From: a virus
IMG/VR virus record: IMGVR_UViG_3300028829_004004
Coordinates: 1,352-65,351 of that record
Length of the DNA: 64,000 nucleotides
Reading direction: 5' to 3' (one strand)
This document shows positions 35,039 through 45,323 of the stretch, in pieces (position 1 is the stretch's first letter; every line of letters begins with the position of its first letter). Under the pieces are notes generated by a model that did no database searches, was not told the DNA's origin, and was given only the letters and a program-made list of their open reading frames with translations. A program made the position numbers and the translations under genes.

Positions 35039-35408
35039 GATGCCCGTTCCATGCTACCCAACCGAACCAGTTGACAGCTTGATAGTATAAGTGGCGTTTG
35101 AAGAAGTTCACTTCATTGACCTCCATCGCTTGTAGGAAGATTCGGTCGGCTGTCTTCCTACTCACAATGCCGGTTGAATAAAGATAATCGTGTATCACTG
35201 CGGGTTTCGCCGCTTTCTTCTTTGAAGAAAGGAGAGAGCGGAAAACTCTTGGTACACTTGCATAGTCAGTTTCAAACCCGGCTGGGACCGTTATCTTCAT
35301 GCCCTTCCCCTCGTCGTCACCTAACCAGAAGTCAAAGGGTTCCACCAACCTGTCCTTCCCAGTGTCAGACACCTCCACCACCAGCGGTGATTTGAAACTA
35401 GACTTCAT
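35025..35408 (-). CDS. DUF1353-family protein
   Basis: VPAGFETDYASVP...PAVIHDYLY...ADRIFLQAM. Confidence 0.85.
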   Translation of the reverse strand: MKSSFKSPLVVEVSDTGKDRLVEPFDFWLGDDEGKGMKITVPAGFETDYASVPRVFRSLLSSKKKAAKPAVIHDYLYSTGIVSRKTADRIFLQAMEVNEVNFFKRHLYYQAVNWFGWVAWNGHRDKK

Positions 35409-35428
35409 GGTTTGCAAACGTTTGCATT

Positions 35429-36193
35429 TTATTGTGCCCGGAGATTGTCATAGTCGCTGAATCGACTGACATGGGCGGAACTATCAGTTGACATGAAAAG
35501 GGTGGACATGTTAACGTACCTCCCAAGGATGCGGTCAATCTCTACATACCCTGTGATGTTAGGGACGGCCCCTGACGTTCTCACTGCTGCCCCCTCAGTC
35601 TGGTACTCTACTTCGTAGTCGTCCCACTTCTCCTTATCCTTGACAAGGTCGGAGGACTTCAGAAGACCAGACTCAGAAAGACCTAAACTGTTTATTACTG
35701 CCAGTGTATACCCAGCACGTGATACAACTGCGGGGGTACTAGACATACCAAAGGTACCAACAACCTTTATATTGCGGTGACCTCTAGGCCAAAAGCTATT
35801 CTTAGCCACAGAAGCACGAACAGAGTCGGGAAACCCTACGTCTGTATACAAGTAGTGGCCATTGATCTTGAAGTCTGTCCCCTCGGTGTAAGTCGTAAGT
35901 ACCGTCCCATTAAGATCCACTTCCTCGACAGATGTTACCGAAATGATAGGGTAGCTATAAGAGGCGTGCTGAGGTAGGAACAAGAAAGACTGATCCTCAC
36001 CACTTACGTAAACAGTGTCCGAAAGAGAGTGAAACTTATTCTGCGTTGCTTTCTCAAATATCTCTTCCACTTCGTCCAAGATAGTCTGGAGTTCATTATC
36101 ACTCCAGTTGGTAAAGTCTAAGGCAGCGGTGGACCCGCTAGGACGGAAAGCCTTGAGACCGGAGACGGTCAGGAAATTGCTCATATAAACCAC
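35429..36193 (-). CDS. Head-tail adaptor-like protein
   Basis: IISVTSVEEV...WPRGHRNIKVVGTFG...P..V pattern; synteny. Confidence 0.65.
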   Translation of the reverse strand: MVYMSNFLTVSGLKAFRPSGSTAALDFTNWSDNELQTILDEVEEIFEKATQNKFHSLSDTVYVSGEDQSFLFLPQHASYSYPIISVTSVEEVDLNGTVLTTYTEGTDFKINGHYLYTDVGFPDSVRASVAKNSFWPRGHRNIKVVGTFGMSSTPAVVSRAGYTLAVINSLGLSESGLLKSSDLVKDKEKWDDYEVEYQTEGAAVRTSGAVPNITGYVEIDRILGRYVNMSTLFMSTDSSAHVSRFSDYDNLRAQ

Positions 36194-36252
36194 CTCAGCG
36201 TGGGTTGGAAAGGGACTGCTTACCTAACGGTAAACCGTTAGCCGCGGGTTAC

Positions 36253-39201
36253 TCACACCCTCTTAGAGTATTTTTGGAACTCGTCTACGAGGAAGTCTGT
36301 ACTTATTGCTTGCATACATGGGGCTTCCTTAGGGAGTCTAGCACAAGCCTTCCCTACTTCCCTCGTTAGGATACTCGCCCAACAGCGACAAGAGCTTGGT
36401 GTCTTTACGTTATGATGAATGTCATAAGAAGATATTTCCGCTGAGGAACTCCCTCCTACTATAACCATAATTGGCTTTCCTAACAGATAGCCAATGTGGT
36501 TAGCCAGCCCTTCAACCGCAACGATATGGCGCATTCGGGAAAAAGTGTCAACAAGCTCATAGAAAGTGCTTACTCTTTTATCCACCACCCCGTCAAGTAA
36601 AGGCTCACTAATATGCCCCAATTGATGTACCTTATACTCGGAGGAGATACTGGATATGAAACTCTGAAGAGTAGCCAAAGGAAGTTCCTTGCTCTTGAAG
36701 GGGGCACCTGCATTAGAGAAGGGCATTATGCCGACATGCCCCTGCCGCCCTTTGTGCCTAGTGGTCCTCTTCGGTACCCACACACCTACCTCAGCTATCG
36801 CTCCTCCCATACCCTCGACAATATGCTCTCCCCTGCGCCAGCACTCCCCGTAGTCAACATAGTTGAATTCCTTGCGGATGCACTTGCCTGTGGATACTGT
36901 GATACTAGGGAAGGTTTTCTGTAAAGGTTCCTTCATTGTCTCGGAGGTGTGGAAAACAATGGGAGAATTAGTGGACTCAATGACCTTGCGGATAAGCGCA
37001 GTTGCCATAACGATGTCCCCAATCCCCTGCTCCCTGACAAGTTTGATTGTAGGAGGGAGACTCAAAGACTTCCCGAACACTTCTCGTATCGCCTTGCGGT
37101 AAATACTCCCCACATTCTCGGGGTTGCAAAGCTCCTGTACCTTTGTCTGCATGGACTGTGTACGGTGCGCTACCGGGAATTCCCCTTGCTTTATCCTATG
37201 CACAATCCGCTTCAACGAGGTCTGGCAATCCTTACCATTACCAGTGAATTTTACAAAGGTGACCTCCTTTGGGAAGAGGGAAGGAAGGGACCCTACCTTA
37301 GTGCAGACCACAGGGGTACCAACCCAACCAGCTTCAAGCACCACCATAGGCAGTGCTTCCTCCTCGGAGAGTAGGCAGAGGGCATCACATGACCTGAGCG
37401 TCGTTCCTACATCGTCAGAGGGGGGAACAAAATGTATCTTCTCCGAGGAACCGCTCTCGTAAGCTATGCGGGTAAGCTGATCCTTGGTAAGGCTATCGCT
37501 GTCCATCCCTTGGATGATTAGGTTAGCGTCTAAGTCTCGCATAGCTCGGACCAACCATGCAATCCGTTTGTTCCCATCAAACCTACCAATGAACCCTAAG
37601 ACCGGCTTATCCCCGGAAAAGAACTTCTTCTTGCCCCCGGACAGCTTAGAGACACTCACTGGATTTGGGGTGAACGACGAGCCGGGAATGTCTTGGCAGA
37701 TGCCCGGATTCACACAAAGAGTTTTGTCGATCACCGACCCCCAAGTCTTAGTGAATTCTGACCCCTCTACTGGGTAAGACGTATGGACAACCCGGACAGT
37801 TGTAGGTCTCCTTGTCAAGGAGCGGAGTGAAATGCAAAGCCTCTCATTCATACCATAGAACAGGATGGTGTCAAACTGAGAAAGGAATTCTGACTCAATC
37901 TCATTATCCTCTAAGATAGTCGCGCCGAACTCTGTGACTAACTCGTTCTTGATGGTGGGCTGATGTCTCACCCGGTAGTTGTTGTATGCAACCACTGTGA
38001 CATCGAAGTACCTTTTAAGCTGCCGGGTAACTTCTAAGGTTGCTACCTCCCCACCACCTTTGAGGTAATGAGGGAACACGACTAGCACACGTTGCCGCCG
38101 CAGTAGATCAGGTACCCCGCCACTAGATACTCTTGGGGTTACTTTAGCCTTGGGGAGAGAGATACCCAAACGGGAATTAACTGCTGAGACCACCTCGTTA
38201 AGAGAGAGGTTCTTCTGGCAGGCGAACTCGTGCTGACAGTCTTTAGGGTGGAGGTACACCTTGCCGCACGGGCAGTCCGCTTGGATAGCTGACACGGAGG
38301 TGTACATCCTAGCACAGTTCTCCTTCCGAGACGGACCAAGGAGAGCGAGGGTGGGGGTGTTGCATACTCCAGCCACATGGAGGAAGCAGGAGTCCACGCA
38401 AACTACCAACTCAGCAGTTTGGGCTATGGTCACTTGGTCAACCACACTCAAGTGAGAAGCATCTATCACATCGCCGCCAAACCTCTTAGTAAAGGAACCT
38501 TTTCCCAGAACAACCTTGTTAAAATTATCACCTAATTTTTTGAATAGGCTCTTCCAGTTATTGTCAAACCAGCACCTGTGAGCCGCAGAGGCGTCAGTAT
38601 GGAAAGCAACAGTCCGCTTCTTCGGGTCAAGTAAAGTAGTGACAGCAGGGCTAGGGGTAGCTCGCTTTATAGTGGGAAGACGGATAACGGGGTTCTCAAT
38701 CCGTAGGAACTGGAATGCCCGAAAATGAAAGCATCCGTCGTACACCACCTGAGGCCCCGACTTTAGAAAGTCTGCGAGACTAAGGACAATGTCAAACTTG
38801 TCCCTCCGTAGAGTAGAGGAGACTTCGTCAACCTCCTCTATCAACCTAATGAAATCTTCGGCGGGAGGGCTGGGCTTTACCGCAACCATACAAGGGGACT
38901 GCTTCAGGTACCTTGCTACTGAGCAAGCGATGATCGCGTCTCCTATCCCACCGGGGACCTCGATCAAGATAGAGCGCCCACTCCAATCCTTGGGAAGGGA
39001 GAGGTCGGGGGCCTGTGCTACACGGAGTAGCCCAGTGATGTCCAATTGATCTTCCTCTACGACCTCAAAGAAGAACCCGCGTTGAAGTAACTTCTCTGCT
39101 TCCTCTTCAGAACAGGAGAAGGGAACCCCCTCTACAACCGTCCGTTTCGTGATGGGGGTAGTGTACCCACCTTTACCTGCTACCATACAGATCTTTTTCA
39201 T
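36253..39201 (-). CDS. Multidomain glycosyltransferase (GT9-like + GT4-like + GT9-like)
   Basis: GGIGDAII...VDSCFLHVA (GT9), EEEALPMVVLEA (GT4), QGIGDIVMA...VEGLANHI (GT9); start at ATG 39201 with GGAG RBS. Confidence 0.85.
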   Translation of the reverse strand: MKKICMVAGKGGYTTPITKRTVVEGVPFSCSEEEAEKLLQRGFFFEVVEEDQLDITGLLRVAQAPDLSLPKDWSGRSILIEVPGGIGDAIIACSVARYLKQSPCMVAVKPSPPAEDFIRLIEEVDEVSSTLRRDKFDIVLSLADFLKSGPQVVYDGCFHFRAFQFLRIENPVIRLPTIKRATPSPAVTTLLDPKKRTVAFHTDASAAHRCWFDNNWKSLFKKLGDNFNKVVLGKGSFTKRFGGDVIDASHLSVVDQVTIAQTAELVVCVDSCFLHVAGVCNTPTLALLGPSRKENCARMYTSVSAIQADCPCGKVYLHPKDCQHEFACQKNLSLNEVVSAVNSRLGISLPKAKVTPRVSSGGVPDLLRRQRVLVVFPHYLKGGGEVATLEVTRQLKRYFDVTVVAYNNYRVRHQPTIKNELVTEFGATILEDNEIESEFLSQFDTILFYGMNERLCISLRSLTRRPTTVRVVHTSYPVEGSEFTKTWGSVIDKTLCVNPGICQDIPGSSFTPNPVSVSKLSGGKKKFFSGDKPVLGFIGRFDGNKRIAWLVRAMRDLDANLIIQGMDSDSLTKDQLTRIAYESGSSEKIHFVPPSDDVGTTLRSCDALCLLSEEEALPMVVLEAGWVGTPVVCTKVGSLPSLFPKEVTFVKFTGNGKDCQTSLKRIVHRIKQGEFPVAHRTQSMQTKVQELCNPENVGSIYRKAIREVFGKSLSLPPTIKLVREQGIGDIVMATALIRKVIESTNSPIVFHTSETMKEPLQKTFPSITVSTGKCIRKEFNYVDYGECWRRGEHIVEGMGGAIAEVGVWVPKRTTRHKGRQGHVGIMPFSNAGAPFKSKELPLATLQSFISSISSEYKVHQLGHISEPLLDGVVDKRVSTFYELVDTFSRMRHIVAVEGLANHIGYLLGKPIMVIVGGSSSAEISSYDIHHNVKTPSSCRCWASILTREVGKACARLPKEAPCMQAISTDFLVDEFQKYSKRV

Positions 39202-39215
39202 TACTACTCCGTGTA

Positions 39216-39527
39216 TTAGTCTTCCCAACCCCCAAGGGTAAGGGAGAGGTTCGGCCAAGGTGCAGGTTCAAGGTTACCTACATGTCTGAGCTTATTGATC
39301 TCATCCCTAGCCCACCCGTGAAGCTGCCAGTGCTTGGACAACTGTGAGTCCTGCTTCTTGTCAAGCTCCGACTTCTGTGAGAGGTCATCAATCGACTCCA
39401 TCATGTATCGCTGCCGTTCAGTCATTACCTTCATTTCGGCATTCGTATCGAATGTCCACTTCATTGAGAAACCGACAGCGGCAAAACAGATAGATACGAG
39501 TATCCCGTAGATAGCATCTTTAGTCAT
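39216..39527 (-). CDS. Membrane-anchored coiled-coil protein
   Basis: N-terminal TM helix; ATG 39527 with GAGG RBS. Confidence 0.55.
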   Translation of the reverse strand: MTKDAIYGILVSICFAAVGFSMKWTFDTNAEMKVMTERQRYMMESIDDLSQKSELDKKQDSQLSKHWQLHGWARDEINKLRHVGNLEPAPWPNLSLTLGGWED

Positions 39528-39558
39528 GGGGAGTTCCTCAGTTGCAAACGTTTGCAAG

Positions 39559-39596
39559 AAAAACCCCCACTAGGATTATCAGTCCTAGTGGGGGTT
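39559..39596 (-). terminator. Rho-independent terminator after major capsid gene
   Basis: 14-bp stem AACCCCCACTAGGA/TCCTAGTGGGGGTT with T run on the - strand. Confidence 0.8.
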
Positions 39597-39619
39597 AGTG
39601 TGTCAACGATTAGCCATTA

Positions 39620-40606
39620 TTAGGCGTAGTCGGTACCACCCTCCGAGATGTTGTTCGTGAGAACAACCATGTTGGAGTCTTCCACCTGTGCGTCAGCACG
39701 GGTGTGGATGGTAACCTCCCACGAATCGCTGCGAGGCTGACGGTCCCACTCAATAGTGATGTCACGCTGGATGAACCAGATGAGGTTATTGAGGGGGGTC
39801 AACGGGATCTTCGTGCCGTCCGTTGCCGTAGTACCAATGGTGAGGTCATCGGGCATCAGAGGAACTTCAAACAGCGGAATGCCGTAGGGGCGACTGATGA
39901 ACTGACCCACAAGGGCACTGTCACCTGCGTTAGTAGCACGATCACTCGTGTCCAGTTCCCACTTGTCGTGGACTGACTGGCTGACAAGCCAGCGGTAGTC
40001 AGGCATAGCGACACGGAAGCGAATCGGAACCTTACGCTTTGCGTCATGGAAGAGCTTCTTGGACGAAGCAGTTCCGTTAGCATCCAGCTTCTGGCCAGCC
40101 GGGACGTTGTCGTCAAGGATCTTGAGGAAACCGTCGTTGGCACCGAGCAGGTTGTTGGAGTCACTCTGTGCATCACCGGTCGTCAGTGAGCTATCACCTT
40201 CGATAGCGGCGAGTTCGAGGTCAATGGCGATACGCTTCGAGAACATACCGAGGAGGGTGTCACGTACACCCGCACCTTCGATGTTGTCTTCGACAAAGTC
40301 AGTGACCAAGTCGAAAGCCGAACGGTACTTGACAGTGTCGTAGTCCACCTTCGACTCCGACGGAGTACGGGTAGAGACACTGGTAAGACCGACGTTGGCA
40401 CCTTCCGTAACGATGGAACCAAGGTTCAGCTTGTTGATCTCGCCCTTGGCGTGGTCAACTTTGCGCGTGCGAACGTTCTTCAGCAAGATCGAGTGGTCAA
40501 TGACAAGGTCAATAAACCGGTCTGCCTGCTTGCGGTTGAGAACGGAGTTGGGCAGATTGGTCTCGTTGATGGTCTTCGAGAGAAGCTGCTGGGGATCAAT
40601 GTTCAT
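39620..40606 (-). CDS. Major capsid protein (HK97 fold)
   Basis: LNRKQADRFID..., RIAIDLELAAIEGD, LNNLIWFIQRDITIE; strong codon bias; follows protease. Confidence 0.9.
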   Translation of the reverse strand: MNIDPQQLLSKTINETNLPNSVLNRKQADRFIDLVIDHSILLKNVRTRKVDHAKGEINKLNLGSIVTEGANVGLTSVSTRTPSESKVDYDTVKYRSAFDLVTDFVEDNIEGAGVRDTLLGMFSKRIAIDLELAAIEGDSSLTTGDAQSDSNNLLGANDGFLKILDDNVPAGQKLDANGTASSKKLFHDAKRKVPIRFRVAMPDYRWLVSQSVHDKWELDTSDRATNAGDSALVGQFISRPYGIPLFEVPLMPDDLTIGTTATDGTKIPLTPLNNLIWFIQRDITIEWDRQPRSDSWEVTIHTRADAQVEDSNMVVLTNNISEGGTDYA

Positions 40607-40621
40607 TTGAATAGTCTCCTA

Positions 40622-42112
40622 TTAAGAAGCAAAAGGCCAGCCCTGAGGGAAGACCGAATTGGGATTAACGTCTTTGGGTTGACCCTCACCGAGTTCCCGA
40701 GTAGACGGGGTGGCGACGGACTTAGTTACATTCGCAACTGCTTCTTCTGTTTTCTCCAACCGGCTGAAAAGACCTGAAAGAGCGTTTACCAACTGGGCCT
40801 GCTTAGAGGCTTCCACGGGAATTGACTTCCCTGCCTCGGCTGGCTCCTCAATGGCAACCTCCTCTTCGACCTCGTCAGTCTCCTCTGTAGTAACCTCAGC
40901 TTCCTCGGTCACGCTCTTAACGAGACTTTCGGACAGAGCTTCAACAGACTGAACAACCGACTGAAGGGCGGGGTCGAGAGTGGAAATGACACTCTCGGTT
41001 ACCTTCTCAGTGAGGGACTTTACAAGCTCGTCCAACTCAGAATCAGCGGGTGCAGTGAAGAAATCGGAAAGTTGCTTGAGGACTGCAAAAATCTGGGTGC
41101 CCTCCGCGGGAATTTCTTCAAAACTCTCCCCCTCGATAGAGGCGAGATTCTTGAAGAGATCCTGAAGGCTAGTCCAGTTGTCTTCAGTGAACTTGATCTT
41201 CATTTCACTTCTCCTTGTGATGAAAGTGTATTTGAGTAAATTCGACAATTCGTCTGACGCGCTCTGCGCCTTGGTGAGTTCTCTGTATGATTTTTCTTTC
41301 GCTACTATTACTTGAATACCTTTTCCATATTGGAAACTGAGTGTGTCCGCTACGGCAAATTCGGTGTCTGACATACGATACTGTAACTCGGAGCCGGTGT
41401 TAGATAACGGCAATATCTCAAATCCATTATTTTTTAACCACTCAGCCGCAGACTCCTCCGTAAAGATATCGGTACTGAAACTTAGTGCCAGCACATCAAG
41501 GGGAGGACTATCCGAAGAACTCTTAGTCTTGCTTTGGGTTGACTCCCCCTGCAAACTCTTAGCCAACTCAAAGGTGGCGTTGTAGTTTGCTGGAATGTGT
41601 ACCAGCGAAACCTCCATCAGATCAATGGAGTGGGCAACTAAGTTCTCGATCCCGTTGACGACGACCCGCGCCATACGGACAAGACCACGCCACGAGAAAG
41701 AGTTCAGTTCCTTTGACTCCACCATTCTCTGTGCGTCGGGGAACTCAACCTGCGCCCGGACGAAGAGACCTCGCATACCAGAAACTCCGTCCGGTAACCG
41801 TTCCTTGCTCAGAGTGTCTACTGTGTTCCCACTCTCAAGTTCAACCACGTCCCAGTAGTCACCCGCGTCTGTTACCTTGGCAACAGTAGCAAATAATACC
41901 TTACCAACTGTGCGCTGGTTTCCCTTCTCATCGAAGGTGAAGTCATGGTTGATCATCAGTTGGGGGTTCGCCATGAACTGCTTTATGTTGAAAGCCTCTG
42001 GCGGGATAAGATCCTCCTCCCGGTCAGGGGAATTCATTGAAGCGAATCCCTTGACTATGGAAGCGTCCCCTTCAGACTTCTGAAGACAACTATGGAATTT
42101 GAATAGCTTCAT
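40622..42112 (-). CDS. HK97-type prohead protease with scaffold-like C-terminus
   Basis: VKGFAS...DREEDLI, MINHD, SFSWRG, MEVSLVHIPAN; acidic C-terminal half. Confidence 0.85.
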   Translation of the reverse strand: MKLFKFHSCLQKSEGDASIVKGFASMNSPDREEDLIPPEAFNIKQFMANPQLMINHDFTFDEKGNQRTVGKVLFATVAKVTDAGDYWDVVELESGNTVDTLSKERLPDGVSGMRGLFVRAQVEFPDAQRMVESKELNSFSWRGLVRMARVVVNGIENLVAHSIDLMEVSLVHIPANYNATFELAKSLQGESTQSKTKSSSDSPPLDVLALSFSTDIFTEESAAEWLKNNGFEILPLSNTGSELQYRMSDTEFAVADTLSFQYGKGIQVIVAKEKSYRELTKAQSASDELSNLLKYTFITRRSEMKIKFTEDNWTSLQDLFKNLASIEGESFEEIPAEGTQIFAVLKQLSDFFTAPADSELDELVKSLTEKVTESVISTLDPALQSVVQSVEALSESLVKSVTEEAEVTTEETDEVEEEVAIEEPAEAGKSIPVEASKQAQLVNALSGLFSRLEKTEEAVANVTKSVATPSTRELGEGQPKDVNPNSVFPQGWPFAS

Positions 42113-42157
42113 ATCTCAACTCCTATAAAATGCAAACGTTTGCAAACCGTGATATAC

Positions 42158-43666
42158 TTACCCCTCGTTGGGCGGGGCATCACTCGTGTATGGGTCAATA
42201 CTAGTCATGGTTTCCATCTCATCTATGAATATTAAAGAGTTAGCCGACCGGATATAATTACGGTCCCCTCCTGTAATCTTATCCTTCCCTTGGTGAGCAC
42301 GTGCCTCATTGATACTCAGGATGCCTGCGTCACAAAGACGTGTGAGCCTCTCACTTTCTGCGGCTCGGTCCTCCACATCCAGTGCTTCAAACTCGACAAA
42401 AGCCTTAGTGATTCCCAACCCTTTGCAGAACAACTTGTTGAGAACCCTCTGCCATGTTAAACGCAGAGGATCAACCACTCGGTTCTTATACACCTTAGAT
42501 TGGGCTTCTCCCTTACCCGACCCGAGGCTCGCGTTATCCACAATACCTACGATGGCGGGGGTCACCCCATGAGCCACAATGATCTCATTCCAGTTGTTCT
42601 TGCGGGTCTCTTGGAAAGACCCCTCCTTAGTGTCGGAGGAGAGTCGTTCAAAGATGACCTCGACATTCTCAGACATAGAGGAAGGGATAGGGATAACCAG
42701 TGTTTTATGAGCCGCTCCTTTGACCTCTCGGGAGAAGAACTGTTGGATAGTCTGCTTTACCTCGTCCGTCAACTCTGCCCCTTTAAGAATGATAGCATAC
42801 TGGGGGACAGTGTTGTTCTCGAAGAACTGTAGGAAGAAATCCCGGATGTTGATATTGGCGATGAGGGAACCAACTGCTGGGATTATGTCAGGTAGCCCGT
42901 AGTACATCGACCGCGGGTGGAACTTAGGAATGAAAAGTATCTCATTCGCTGCCTCCCTAATGTCCTCCTCGGGGGTGAGGTCTCTCTTACTCTTCAGATT
43001 CCACTCTGCCTTACCTATGTCCCCATCAAGGAGAGGGTCGTAAAATTCCTTACTACCCTGTAAGTTTACTCTCTTAGGACTAAGGAGCTTCTGTCCGAAA
43101 GGGAGGTAGTAGGTATTCTTGCCCGAGGGGGTACGCTCTACGTAACCCCGGAACCCTTTCAAAGCTCGGATGCGGTTTGCGGGGAGATGATACAAGTGCC
43201 GAATCCTTCCGTCCAGTGCTCGTACTACCTCAATAGCGCAGTACCCGATAGACTCTCGGTCAAGGGAGGCTTTCTCAACCACTCCCTCAAAGTTGTCAAC
43301 ATCATTACAGGTCAGTAGGAAAGACCGTAGAGTGTCCGCTTCCGTCTTGTCCGGTTGCTCGTCACCTGTACCGACAATCTTGTACTCCCGCTTAACAGAG
43401 TCCGTTGTCTTAGCAGACACACATCGGAAGTGGACAGCCTCAGCCTCAAGGAGAAGGGCTAACATGTCAGGGTCGTATCTCGGCTCTACGATATCGTTGT
43501 CCGAAACAGACTCTACAGTAGGATCTTTGGATGTCTCCTGTTGGCTCCCCGGCATAGACTTCCGGTACATCTGGTAGAAGGATGATCCGGTGGTGACCAA
43601 ATCTTCTGCGGAGACCACCTCATCATTGATTATGTATGCCTTAACAGTGGGGGCGTCTTGGTCCAT
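42158..43666 (-). CDS. Portal protein
   Basis: YYGLPDI, FFENNTVPQYAII, IIVAHGVTPAIVG, ILSINEAR. Confidence 0.9.
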   Translation of the reverse strand: MDQDAPTVKAYIINDEVVSAEDLVTTGSSFYQMYRKSMPGSQQETSKDPTVESVSDNDIVEPRYDPDMLALLLEAEAVHFRCVSAKTTDSVKREYKIVGTGDEQPDKTEADTLRSFLLTCNDVDNFEGVVEKASLDRESIGYCAIEVVRALDGRIRHLYHLPANRIRALKGFRGYVERTPSGKNTYYLPFGQKLLSPKRVNLQGSKEFYDPLLDGDIGKAEWNLKSKRDLTPEEDIREAANEILFIPKFHPRSMYYGLPDIIPAVGSLIANINIRDFFLQFFENNTVPQYAIILKGAELTDEVKQTIQQFFSREVKGAAHKTLVIPIPSSMSENVEVIFERLSSDTKEGSFQETRKNNWNEIIVAHGVTPAIVGIVDNASLGSGKGEAQSKVYKNRVVDPLRLTWQRVLNKLFCKGLGITKAFVEFEALDVEDRAAESERLTRLCDAGILSINEARAHQGKDKITGGDRNYIRSANSLIFIDEMETMTSIDPYTSDAPPNEG

Positions 43667-43673
43667 ATTATCC

Positions 43674-45323
43674 TCAAACTATTGAAATGTTAATAGGCAC
43701 TGCTGTAGTCGAAGCTATCCTCGCAGCTAAGAAATCATACACATCCGCGTGTCTATGATGGTCCTTGCCCTTTGTCCAAATGAATTTCGTATTACCACTC
43801 TTGTCAGTAACACTTTCTCGGACACTATACAACATCTCTTTCAGATACTCACCACCGAGTAAGTCTCGGAAGTTAGAGGGGAGAATGTTCAAAGCAGACT
43901 TTAGGTCTGAGAATGTCTTGTCAAGAATAGTGGTCCGGTCACAGGTAATGAATTTAGTCTTCTTGTCTACTTTCATTAACCTATCCAACCCGTCTGACCC
44001 GTACCTGTTCAGGTACACCGGGAAAGGCGCATTAGCTTGAAACTCTTGGGAGATCTTTGCCTCTGGCATAGAGTCAATCACTGCTGACCTTACGTTGTAC
44101 CTTATCCCTATATTGACGAGTTCGTCTTTAGAGGGGATCTTCCCTACAAAGACCATCCGTCGTGCCCCCGTGGGAAGCATCTCGGATACTCTAACGTCAA
44201 AGGACTTACCAACGTCTATCCCCATAGAGCAGGGACCGGGGTGCATGTCGTTCTCTACACAAGAGTAATCGCCTCGGTTGTGGAGTTTGTAATCCTCACA
44301 ACAACGTGCCAGTAGCTCGGGGGTCACCTTCACCCCCCACCCTGTGTAACCTGTACCTAAGATGGAAGTCCAAAAATGTTTCATAAGTTCAGTGTCACCC
44401 ACCGAGTTCCTAAAGTCTAGGAAGATCTCGGCAAAGGAACTGAGCTTAGACTGAAGGCGAGTAAGGTGGTACCCTTCTATGTTACTGGATGGGTTGTTTG
44501 ACACCCACTGTCCTTTACCAAACCGGTCAAAGGGGTCTCCACAGGAGGGGCATATGGGGCGAAGTTCTTTCCCCGGCTCCCACCCCTTGTCCATCAGTTC
44601 GTAGTCCACTGGTACGCCATCGTTATCTAAGATGGGAGTTACCACAACTTTGAACCAATCAAGTTCATTGTACTCACCACAACCACACTGCACATGCCAA
44701 TGCCTTTGATCAGACTCTAAGAACTTCTCTTCAATGCCGTAGCCTTTCACGGAGGGGTTAGCGATGAACCGCTTTATTTGGTAAGGGCTGGCGCCCACAC
44801 GGTCGTCTGCGTAACTGATGTTAGACAGGGTACACTCATCGTACTCGTCCACCATTATACAATCCGCTGGGAATTCCCGGAAGTCAGAGCGGACGTTAGA
44901 CCCGACAAACTTGATGACACCCTTACCGAAGTTCTTCATCGTGGTGTTGTCAAAGAACCCTGAGGATAAATACTTCTTGTACTCCCCCACCTGCTGGATA
45001 CATTTGTCAATTCGATTCTGGACGTACGCGGTCTTGTGGTCGTGCTTGGGCAAAACGTAGAAGACACTCAAACCACAAGCTGCTTGGGCAAACAAGTCTA
45101 TGATAGCCCACTCGGTCTTGAAGGACTGTGTTGACCCCTTAACCACAATGTTGCGGGATAGGGTATTGTACAAGGGGAGAAGGTGGTCACAGCGATCAAA
45201 GGACATTCGCTGGCCGCGGGTGTTGCGGTGGTGGTTCTTCGCGAAATCAACGCGGAGATGCCGAACCTTTAACAGCATCTCCGCAACTCTAAGCTGGTCA
45301 GCACTTAGTGATTCTAAACTCAT
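43674..45323 (-). CDS. terL: Terminase large subunit (GpA-like)
   Basis: KGSTQSFKTE Walker A variant, MVDEYD Walker B, ANPS, MGIDVG and DHHRHAD nuclease motifs. Confidence 0.9.
   Translation of the reverse strand: MSLESLSADQLRVAEMLLKVRHLRVDFAKNHHRNTRGQRMSFDRCDHLLPLYNTLSRNIVVKGSTQSFKTEWAIIDLFAQAACGLSVFYVLPKHDHKTAYVQNRIDKCIQQVGEYKKYLSSGFFDNTTMKNFGKGVIKFVGSNVRSDFREFPADCIMVDEYDECTLSNISYADDRVGASPYQIKRFIANPSVKGYGIEEKFLESDQRHWHVQCGCGEYNELDWFKVVVTPILDNDGVPVDYELMDKGWEPGKELRPICPSCGDPFDRFGKGQWVSNNPSSNIEGYHLTRLQSKLSSFAEIFLDFRNSVGDTELMKHFWTSILGTGYTGWGVKVTPELLARCCEDYKLHNRGDYSCVENDMHPGPCSMGIDVGKSFDVRVSEMLPTGARRMVFVGKIPSKDELVNIGIRYNVRSAVIDSMPEAKISQEFQANAPFPVYLNRYGSDGLDRLMKVDKKTKFITCDRTTILDKTFSDLKSALNILPSNFRDLLGGEYLKEMLYSVRESVTDKSGNTKFIWTKGKDHHRHADVYDFLAARIASTTAVPINISIV

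Noticed and set aside
8137-45323. Inteins or introns in PolA, helicases or terminase
   Set aside because: Proteins have normal lengths with no splicing motifs or homing endonuclease domains; the only inserts are short Cys ribbons
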